In this document: positions 40,291 through 50,222 of the stretch, one piece after another | Position numbering within the stretch: position 1 is the stretch's first letter | How the letters are laid out: each line of letters begins with the position of its first letter | Source of the DNA: Octopus sinensis | Taxonomy: Eukaryota | DNA length: 64,000 nucleotides | Direction: 5' to 3' | NCBI RefSeq assembly: GCF_006345805.1 | Contig: NC_043006.1 | Span: forward strand, 5,022,001-5,086,000 | Position numbers and translations under genes: made by a program | Notes under the pieces: model-generated | Database searches by the model: none | Seen by the model: the letters and a program-made list of their open reading frames with translations, nothing else | What the model was told of the DNA's origin: nothing

Positions 40291-40699
40291 ATTTTTCACC
40301 CTTATTATGTGTGTATGTGTGCGTGTATTAGCAATTCGTATAAAATTGCATCAATGACTTGAACAAGTGGTTTCACATAAATGGGAATAAATTTAAAATG
40401 TTTGTTATTATTATTACTGTTTAACTATTGTAATCACATTTGTAGATGTATTTCTATAGATGTACATGTAAACATGTATGTCTAGATGTATATATAGATG
40501 TACATGTAATATGTACACATATATATATACAAATATATACATGCATACATATATACACCCATACACACATAACGATACACCCCCCACCCCCACACACAGG
40601 TGCAGGTGTGGCTGTGTGGTAATTTGGCATGTGTCTTCTGCTATAGCATCATACCAGCCAGATCTCGCTCTGGGCGACATTGGGGCAACTGTACACAGC

Positions 40700-43600
40700 T
40701 ACCAGCACACAGTCGACGCTATGGCGACCAGAGGAAACCGTTCACCCGAACTATCGAGTAATTCTTGTGATACAGAGCGATGAACAACCTGAGGAAGCCA
40801 TGGTCCAGGCCAAATATCGCACGCACAGTTGCCAGGTATCGAAGTTCGACCCTATCAAAAGCTTTAGATTGGTATAAATGCACCAATGCCCTACCTTTGC
40901 CAGAGTTATCATCAACCATCTCTATGGTATAGCGAATAAGGTGGAGATTATCCTGAATGGTTCTGCCTGGGATGGCACATGTCTGTGCCTCCCCGACAAT
41001 ACCATCCGCAGCACGTGCCAACATTTTTGCTAAGACCTTGGCCAAAATCTTCACTTCTGCGTTTCACAGAGTGATGGGCCTGAAGTTATCTAAAATGTCC
41101 CCTTGTCCGGATCCTTTCTGACTAACATCACTACTCCCTGCGTGTCGCGAATGGTATTGTCGAGGAGGCACAGACATGTGCATCCCAAGCAGAACCATTC
41201 AGGATAATCTCCACCGTATTCGCTATACCATAGAGAGGGTTGGTAAATAATCTGGCTTAGGTGGGGAATTGGTACATCTGGACCAGTCTAAATCTTTTGA
41301 TAGGGTTGACCATCGATACTTGGCGACTGTGCTTGTGCGATTCAGCCTAGTCCTTGGCTTCCTCAAGTGGTTTATCGCTTTGTATCACAACATTGACTCG
41401 ATAGTTCGGGTGAACGGTTTCCTTTCGAAGCCATTCTGTTGCCAGTTCGCGTACATGTCAGCCACTAGGTGCCCGAACAAGTCTGGCATACATTTATACA
41501 GCTCGTACGGAAGACCATCATGTCCCAGCGACTTACCCGCTTTACAGTCGGCCATAGCCTCCATTATATCCACAGGCGTGATCAGGACGTGGTCAAGAAC
41601 TTGCCCAGGTCACGAAAATATTCACTTTGCGGGCCTATAACCTTGGGTGCATAAATTGCAACCAGCCTGATTATCTTGCCACAACTGAATAGCAGGTCAA
41701 GAACGATTAACCTGCCTTCTGGATCAGAAAAAAAGAACAACTTTTTCTCGGCTACCCGGTTTCTTTTTAGTAGGACCAACACCCCGCCCCCACCTCCCGC
41801 ACGATTCGGAGGAGCAGATCTCTTGGCCTCTTCACCCGGGTTTCCGTTGCAACAATCATATCCCATTTTCTTGATCTGATGTCATTTAGGAAGCGCCCTT
41901 ACTTCCAGCTTGACATCAGACCACGAACATTTACACAACCAATGCGAATAGACATTATTTACATATTTAATCCGGGTTGTCCTCTAGAGAGGGACTCTCC
42001 ACCTTTTCTTCATATAGGGTCGGAGGTGGCAAGTCTTGAAAAATGGATTGATTAAAATCCAATCTCATCATCGACACCGGCTTTCTATACGCGTTAAGTA
42101 ATACATTACGAGTCTTTTTATCCATTTCGTTGAACTCGTAGTTCTTATATTTATCAGAAAGTTCTGCAATCCTCGTGGTGATCTTTTCGCTTTTATTTCT
42201 CTCATTAAATTCATTTTTGGTTTGTCTCTTTTCGCAGTGTTTTTTTTTTTTTTTTTGGTCTTAGTTCGCCCTGTTTTTGTTGATTTGAGCTCTCCATTTT
42301 TCTCTTGTTATTAGTTGCTTTCTTTTCTTCTGTTTCTCTCTCTCTTCCCTCCTCCTCCTCTTCCTCATCGGATTCTTTCTCACCGTCTCTACAGTGTTTT
42401 TTTATATGGCCCAGCTGGCTACACTGGAAACATCGGGGCTTACAGCCCTCGACGAATACGTTAAGGAATCCCTCCCCAATTTCTATTTTCTCCTGTAACT
42501 GTTCTAAAATTGACGGTTCTGCTTGTATTAGGAGGTGAACCGTTTGACCGGTCCAATAAGCATTTTCTGTGATGGTAGCCTGAAAGAGTGTTATATTATC
42601 TTCTTTTTCGCCAGGACTGCCTCCATCAATCACATAGGGTTGACTTGAGGTGTGGCTCTTGGTATACGTATCTTTGACGTCTGCATTTCCATGTATATTG
42701 GAATTAAGACAACGACCTCCGTTTGTAAAGATTTAACTGAGGGCATTTGTGCAGTTTCTATATCTTTTAGTCGTACTTCGATAGTACCAAACTTCTTCCC
42801 TCTGGCTAGGTATGTGATATCCTGCCAGATGGGTTTCAAGCACTTCTCTCTTCGCTCACCTGATCAATTTTTTTCCTTTTAGACAGTAAGATTTAAAATT
42901 AATTGTTTTTCTTTTTTCTAACATTAATAGTTCTTCCGGGGATTGAACTTTCACAACACCGTCTTCAATTGTTATCACATCTTTGTACTTGAACAGGTCA
43001 TTTTTGTTTGTCGACAGCTGGCGGGTTCCACCTCCAGCCGCTGACGCAAAAATTTTTTGTTTAATTTCTTCTGTTTGAAGGCTTTTCACGTCAATATTCC
43101 TCTTTTCAAAAGAACATATTGGGGAAATTCATTTTCAGAAGAATCCGAAATTTCGCTAAATATTAAACTTCCAATCAAATTTGCCTCCCTGTTGGTTGAC
43201 GACTCTTCGCCAGACGAAGTTATACTTTTCGGCATCTTGCCAGCAATTAATGTCCCCCCCCCACACACACACACTCCAACATTCATTTCTCTTTAGCCCT
43301 CACGTCACACAGTTGTTAATGTTTATTGACCCAAAGCGAGCTCTGGTCGCCATAGCATATTCCAAAATTCCAGTCTTATTGAACCTGTTAAAAAGATTTT
43401 GCTCCTGAAAAATGAAGGTCATGGAGCTCTAAAATGTGAGAGTATAGGCCCCTGTTGGGTGTGGGCATCTTAATGTCAACTAGAGAAGTTGAATTGTTGA
43501 GAATCTTTTTTACTTGGGTCTTATATCTTTTGTTTGAAATTCTTTGAAATAGGAAATATATGTTCACTGGGTTTGTAAAAGAGAGCAAAGCTACAGGAAA

Positions 43601-43760
43601 CCAAAAGACGTGCACGATACCGAGAACTCTTGAAAGTAAAATCGCCGCTTCGTGCCTCGTCGATAACACACGGACACACACACTCGTGGTCTTCGTCGTA
43701 CTCAGCTCTGCTTTCGCTAGACAGTAGGTAGGGACAGTGGGAATCTGCTCGCCTTTGATT
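40700..43760 (-). mobile_element. Tx1/L1-clade LINE copy 2, rearranged and 3'-truncated
   Basis: Frameshifted ORF1 with CCHC knuckle RCFQCSQLGHIKKHC. APE start GCVNVRGL at ~41955. RT fragments in both orientations. Confidence 0.9.
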
Positions 43761-43860
43761 CGTTCACTTTCTTGAGATTTCCCTTTATTTTGAGTGGACG
43801 GTCCCACTGTTATCACAGCCAGTACCCTTCTCCCCCGTTTAAAAAAGAATAGTGACGAAA

Positions 43861-45622
43861 TTCTTTATTAGTAAAGAGAAAATAAAATACACTATTTTGC
43901 CTCACGAGGCAGGGCTTTGAGTCATGTCCGGTGTTATTTTTATTGATAATAAGATTTTCTCAATAGGACTCAACCCCACCGAAGCTAGGCCTTAAAGCCT
44001 TGCTACCCCTCGCAGTAAAAATAAAATAAAGTAATTAAAAAAAAATAATAAAAAACACTGCAGGGTCACCAACAAACCAGCCTCAGTCAAAAAAAAAACA
44101 AAAAAACTTGAGGACTTCACTGAGGGGGTGTTATGTTGGGGTCGGTGAGGAAATAGGCTTATATGTGAGGGCTAATCCCTCAACATATTATAAGTACCCG
44201 ACACTGTCTCGTCAAAGCCTATTGAGCCACTAGATCTTACTTGCACCGGAGATGACTCGTTGTCCCATGCAAGGGAGGGCCGTAATTCGGCCGACCGCAT
44301 TTGGGTATTGCAGTCAGCCTGACGTGTGGGCCTCATTCCGGACCCACAGGCCACCAGTTTGTCGGCGCCTGGCTGCCATATGTTTCTTAACTTGTTATCT
44401 ATGAAAAACATGTCACTATTCTTTGCGGCATTTAACTAGGGATCGTGACCGAAACGATAAAGTAGAACTTAAAGGAGGCGCATTACCAGCCCCACCGAGA
44501 GAGGCAAGCTAAGCTACTAAACCTAATCTCAAGGACCTCACGGCCACCCACTCAAGTCCGGGGACAAACAGCAAGCAGCCCCACCCGGGAACTATTTCCC
44601 CCAGGAACTTCCTGGGGGACTCGTCTAGGCTAAGCAGGGCCTGTGAGTGTATCCACCCCAGACCTGAAGCGGTGCTCAAGAACGAGCCACCCTAAGATAA
44701 AAGTCTAACTAAGGAAACCTCAACCGGCGTGTGAGGCGATAAAACAACACAAAGGGCAAATAAAGAGGATACGGCTAAATTCCCCAGTCACAACAACCGG
44801 CTAGACCATTAACATCAAAGGGCGCCCATCCCTATAGTAATCACCCCCAAAATGGAGGCAAGAGAAAAGGGCCTTCACTCTATACTGCTACCAGGCAGCT
44901 GCCCGACTATAAAAGCCGGACAGTCTCTCATCTACAGCCCGTGAAGGGCTCTATTCTATAACACCGTCGCCCGGGTACTTAGCTCACAGGCCCCTCCACG
45001 CTGGCACAGGAGGATCCGGCGACCCCTCACACAGGAATCAACCAGAACCCCAGGCCTCACCCAAGCCAACTCACTGGCTCTATAAAAGAGTCACAAACTT
45101 CACCTTAATGTCCCCAGACAGAACCGCCCACTATCCATCATCAGCAAACAAGAGAACTAACCGGGCCAGTCATTAATGACCAACACGGACCTTAAGGGGT
45201 CGGCCAGCGGCCGCCTACCTAACCTAGCAGGGAGGCATGCACCCCCCTATCTGAATCGCCCACAATCCACTAGGTCCCCACCAAACTATATTGGAACCGC
45301 TTTGGAGAAGGAAGGAACGTTTAGTTTGTCCAGTGCGAGGTCTTTATTCGGCATTGCGCAATGCATATCCGGCATCGATCCCACACGGACGTAAGCTCTC
45401 TTACCACGCCAAGGTAGTGTCCAAAAGGTGAAGCCTAGCAGTGCATCCACCTGCCGAGTAAAAGACAGTGAACAAAGTCCACTGAATCCCGACAGGTCAT
45501 AACATACCAGACCTATCTGTTAATGCATCTACCTGTTAATGTATCCACCTGTTAATGCATCCACCTCAAAGAGGTCATAAGAAACAGGTCCTAAGAAACA
45601 GGTTATAAGAAACAGGCCCCAC
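43861..45622 (-). other. Unclassified ORF-less structured element joined to 28S at the R2 site (candidate non-autonomous rDNA insertion element)
   Basis: Begins immediately after 28S CTCTCTT. Terminal 14- and 16-bp tandem repeats, many hairpins, T-rich 3' region ending TAATAAAGAA. No long ORF. Confidence 0.5.
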
Positions 45623-46061
45623 AAGAGAGTCATAGTTACTCCCGCTGTTTACCCGCGCTTGGTTGAATTTCTTCACTTTGACATTCATAGCACTGGGCAG
45701 AAATCACATCGCGTCTGTGCGGCTCGGCCGGCTACGCGATGCTCTGTTTTAATTAGACAGTCGGATTCCCCCGGTCCGTACCAGTTCCGAGTCGACCGTT
45801 CGCCGTCGGCCGAACGCCTGCCGCGCGTCGCGGTGCGCGACGACGACCGACCCCTGACGGAGCCGAGCCGCGCGCGCACCGACGCGACGGCGAGCCCGAA
45901 GCCGTGTCGCTCCACGGCGTCCCGGGTGTGGCGCCGTTTTGTTCGCGCCCACTACGCCCCGGATGACGGTCTGGCATTACGGGAGACGGACGATCGAGCG
46001 GCGGCGGCTCGCGCGCGAGATGATGAGGGCCTCTCAGCGAGCGCCGCCCTGTCGGGTCGGG
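45623..46061 (-). rRNA. 28S rRNA: 28S rRNA gene fragment (GC-rich D8 expansion through helix 69), non-functional ectopic copy
   Basis: Minus strand GGGGAATCCGACTGTCTAATTAAAAC...GACGCGATGTGATTTCTGCCCAGTGC...GCGCGGGTAAAC.GCGGGAGTAACTATGACTCTCTT matches the universal LSU core. Confidence 0.97.
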
Positions 46062-46255
46062 TTATAAACTTGAAACCTACTAGAATATCATAGATTATAT
46101 ATAGTAAGTCATCCAATCAGTTCTGTCCAATTTTACCCTTTTTTTTAGATTTGAATGAAATTTAATAGTATTTTCAAATGTCTAATTCAATTAAAAATTA
46201 TTTTTATGCATTTGTGTACGTTTAAACTAATTCAATATTGTTTTACAAAATAATA

Positions 46256-47578
46256 GAGGGTGTCCACTAAGTCTGCGTACATGGGGATTAACATAGTTTT
46301 AGAACAAACCAATTTTATTTAATTATAATGTTAATAAATAATATTTTCAAAGTGATTTCCATCCTTTTTCAATGCATAACTTGATGCGCCTTGCAAAATT
46401 CAGGTGAACTTGATTAAATAAGTCTACATTGCCATCAATTTCAGCACACCGACTGGTAATGCGTTCTCTCATGTGTTTTAAATCTGTAATCTTTATTGTA
46501 ATCTTTCTCTTTCAACATACCCCAGAAAAAGAAATCAAGGGGAGAAAGGTCTGGTAAACGAGGGGACCTTTCCATATGAGCCCTTCTTCCAATCCAGCGA
46601 AGAAAAGTGTCATTAAGCCAATCTCTAACAGTTGTGGCAAAATGGGTAGGGGTCCCATCCTGCTGAAACCAATTCGGAAGGCCCTCGCCTAGGCGCTCAA
46701 TTTGAGATATTAATTTGTCTCAATATGTTTACATAAGTCTCATCCGTTACATGTTCAATGAAGAAGGGTCCTAGAACATGAGCTTTCCACAAACCACACC
46801 ACACATCACCTTTTTGCTGCCTTGCTGTTAGGATTGATCCATCTAATGTGGATTACCTCGAGACCAGTATAGAAGATTCTGTCTGTTGACCTCACCATTT
46901 ACATAAAACGTAGCTTTGTCACTGAACAACAAAGTTTTTCGTAAAATTGATATTTTCATCGACTTTATCAGAAAACCATTCGCACGTCTACATTCGTCTA
47001 TCAGGGTCGTCTTCATTTAAGTGATGCAATATCTATAGGTTGTATCGATGAAACTTTTCCTCAACCAGCATTTTGTGGATGGTTGGTTTTGGAACACCTA
47101 ACACCGTGGATGTCCGACGAAGTGATTTCTTTGGGCTAGCAGAAACTTTAGCCATGACAGCCTCTTTCGTTTCATCCGAAGTCTTTGGTCGCCCGGAACG
47201 GGGTTTATCCAAAACACTGCCCGTTTCTTTAAATTTCTTGATCAATTTCCCGACGGCAGTAAAAAAAAAAATTGGTTACCTATAAGAGTGTCGAACATTA
47301 AATTCTTCCGCAATTTTGCGATAAGACCATCCTTCTCGTCCACTTAATAATACTAACTCGATTCTTTCTTCTTTAGACACATACATCATTCGATCTGGGA
47401 TTCTTTCTTCTTTAGACAGAGCCATCATTCGATCATCTGTAGAAAAAATAACAAATAAATTTAGAAAAGTAAAGTATTTTTTAAATTTAATTTAAACAAA
47501 AGTAAAAAAGGAAAATTATTTCTTATATTTGTTTATGTTATGATTTTATTCCATGTACCCAGACTTCGTGGACACCCT
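46256..47578 (-). mobile_element. Tc1/mariner DD41D (rosa/VS-like) transposon with both TIRs, transposase pseudogene
   Basis: TIRs AGGGTGTCCAC(T/G)AAGTCTG(C/G)GTACATGG. Motifs GSVLDKPRSGRP and FQQDGTPTH..WIGR..PDLSPLDFFFWG (40 residues between the Ds in this copy). Confidence 0.9.
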
Positions 47579-47579
47579 A

Positions 47580-48680
47580 AAATTGCTTTGATTAAAACCC
47601 TTTCAACATGGAAATATCCAAGGAGCATTTAAGGCACATATAATTCTTTATGAGTACAATAAAGGTAACTCTGCAGCCGAAGTGACTCGAAAAATACACT
47701 CAATTTATGGGAAAGTGCTTGAATGAAAGAACTTGCAGGAGATCGTTTGCAAAATTGAAGATGAATATCGAATAGGATGTCCAGTTGAGTTTGATAAGCT
47801 CCTTGAGGAATTACTTGAAGAAAATCCGTCATTATCAGTTGAAGAATTGGCAATAAAGCTTACTTCAAACCATACAACAATTCATCGTCATCTTCAACAA
47901 CGTGGAAAGATGCCTAAACTTGGAAAATAGGTGCCTCATGTATTGCCCGAAAGCAACCGCAAATCCCGAGTTGACATCTGCTCTTCTCTCCATTCTCATA
48001 AACTCATTTCACCCTTTTTCGATAGACTTGTGACGAAAAATGGATTTTCTATCGAAATGTTAAACGTTGTAAACAGTGGCTTAGTAAAAGGGAAAATGCT
48101 CAACCACAACCAAGAAGGGAACTTCATGGAGAAAAGGTTCTACTCTATCTGGTGCGATTGCAAAGGCATAATTCACTTTATATTGTTACCACCTAATGCA
48201 ACAATCAATGCTCAAGTCTACTGTCAGCAATTAGAGCGTTTGAACCAAGCTTTAAAGGAAAAAAGAGCCGCTTTAGTGAGTCGAAAACTAGTGATGTCTC
48301 ATCAGGACAATGCGCAACCCCACACTGCAAAGATCACATCATAGAAGATCGAAGAGGTCGGTTTGGAAAAATTTCTTCATCCAACTTATTCTCCCGACCT
48401 TACTCCTTCAGGATAGCATTTGCTTCATAGTTTACAGAATTATTAGCGGGACACAGCTTTCGCAAGCCAAGAGGAGGTCGAACCTGACATTTCAGAGTTC
48501 TTCGCTTTGAAACCAAAAGAGTTTTACATTGATGGGATTAAAAAGCTTGTAAATAGATGGCAGTAAGTCATAGATAATCAGGGAAAGTACATAGATGATA
48601 AACTTTCAATTAAATATAACATTTGATCACTTGGATTCTTTATCCAAAATTCGGACAGAATTTATGGGATGACCCGAGAT
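47580..48680 (+). mobile_element. Mariner (DD34D) transposase pseudogene with right TIR
   Basis: VPHVL, YCQQLERL, HQDNAQPH, PTYSPDLTPS, GIKKLVNRW. End TTTATGGGATGACCCGAGATA. Confidence 0.92.
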
Positions 48681-48845
48681 ATATACACCGGCGATAAAAT
48701 TTCTATTTCTTACAAAATAGTTTGTTACTAACACCATACAAATTATTTATATCTTTTACACCTTATGCAAAATGTATTTCTCTTTCGAATGATGCAAACA
48801 ATTTTTATACAACTTGAAGAATTCTAATGCTAAATTAATATATAT

Positions 48846-49010
48846 TTCTTTACTGCCCACAAGGGGCTAAACACAGAGGGGACAAACAAGGACAGACAAA
48901 GGGATTAAGTCGATTACATCGACCCCAGTGCGTAACTGGTACTTAATTTATCGAACCCGAAAGGATGAAAGGCAAAGTCGAACTCGGCGGAATTTGAACT
49001 CAGAACGTAA
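48846..49010 (-). mobile_element. SINE family B (5'-truncated)
   Basis: Tail and body match. Confidence 0.9.
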
Positions 49011-49188
49011 TATAAACGTTTCAAATTTACCGGCAAAAAGACCATGTAATATGTACGCAATTTTTTTGGCCAAAATGGGTGGTCACACAACGAGCCTAAA
49101 TGCACCATATAAAGTTATAATTTAATGTTATTATACAATTTATTAATAATATTTATGTTAAGAGTTTCATGATAAAAATATAGAAATA

Positions 49189-49737
49189 TTGTGTTGTCCG
49201 GAAAGTTCGTGCCGATTTATAGTAGCTTATCTTTCGACTTATTTTAGAACATGTTGAGTCCATAAAATAGGATTTTACTACAACTCCATTTAGAGCACAA
49301 TTTAAGCTATCTTTTCGTGGAAGAAGGTTTTTGTTCCTATAACCTGTGTTAATTCTGTACCTCTTTAAAAGTTCATTTTCGGCACTTGATGCTTTGGGAC
49401 CCAGACAAAAATTGCTGCAGCTCGTCTGGGATGTGGCACCCCTCCCTCCCTATTCCCCAGATATTGCTCCTTCGGATATCCACCTATTCAGGTTTCAACA
49501 GAATAGTCTTAATGGTAAAAATTACAATTCCTTGGATGACGTAAAAAGATACCTTGATGAATTCTTTGCCATGAAACCACCCCGATTCTGGCAAGAGGGT
49601 ATTTTCAAGGTAAAGGAAAGATGGAGACGTATTGTGCAACGAAATGGTTCAGATTTAGTTCATTAAAAATGTAATGGCAAGTATTTAGTGACCTTACTTT
49701 CCTTTAAAAATCGGAACCAACTTTCCGGACAACCCAA
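49189..49737 (+). mobile_element. Internally deleted mariner retaining the C-terminal transposase part
   Basis: TIR TTG(T/G)GTTGTCCGGAAAGTT, TA flanks, PPYSPDIAPSDIHLF. Confidence 0.93.
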
Positions 49738-50222
49738 TATAAATATAACAATGAAATACGAATATAAACATGAAACATAAAAACCTAAATTGAAAGAGGC
49801 GATTAACATTTTTTTCCTAACCTGCAGCCGTTTAAGAAAAGTGGTTGTACGAGGTATTCGAAATTCAGCCCTCCTTCCTCAGGGTTCCTTTCTCGAGGTG
49901 AAATCCAGCAAAAAGCATTAAGGCACTACATGTTGAGTATTCAGTTGGTGAAAGTCCAGTTTTTGAATATCGAAGATTGTTTTATTATTACCCACTAGGG
50001 GCGAACATAGAGGGAACAACACAACCTGATGTGGGGTCAGATACACGAATGGGTTTTACAAAAAAGCGAAATTTAAAAATTTACAGAAAATTACAAAAAT
50101 AGACAGAAATCGAATGTTGGAACAGACCGGAAGACATTACGGGTGGAGTGGGGGTGGGTTTAGCTCGGACCCCACGAGCCCCACCTCCCCACTGATACTT
50201 GTGATTTCGTTTGGTTTTACAT

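Noticed and set aside
45519-45613. CRISPR-like array
   Set aside because: Direct tandem units with no spacers, in a eukaryotic context.
43861-45622. Canonical group I intron at L1926
   Set aside because: No 3' exon. The candidate P7 pairs (CAAACUA/UAGUUUG and GAGACUG/UAGUCG) lack the bulged-A/G-C guanosine site or room for P3/P8. No P/Q elements seen.
43861-45622. Autonomous R2 element
   Set aside because: No zinc-finger, Myb or RT coding remnants recognisable. Stops in all minus frames examined.
45615-45630. Pokey/piggyBac insertion at the 28S TTAA
   Set aside because: The junction is CTCTCTT|GTGGGG, with no complete TTAA and no CCC terminus.
45623-46061. Functional rRNA gene
   Set aside because: Only 439 bp. 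No 18S, 5.8S or remaining 28S in the window.
45659-46093. R/A-rich ORFs on both strands
   Set aside because: GC-rich 28S expansion segment, not protein-coding.
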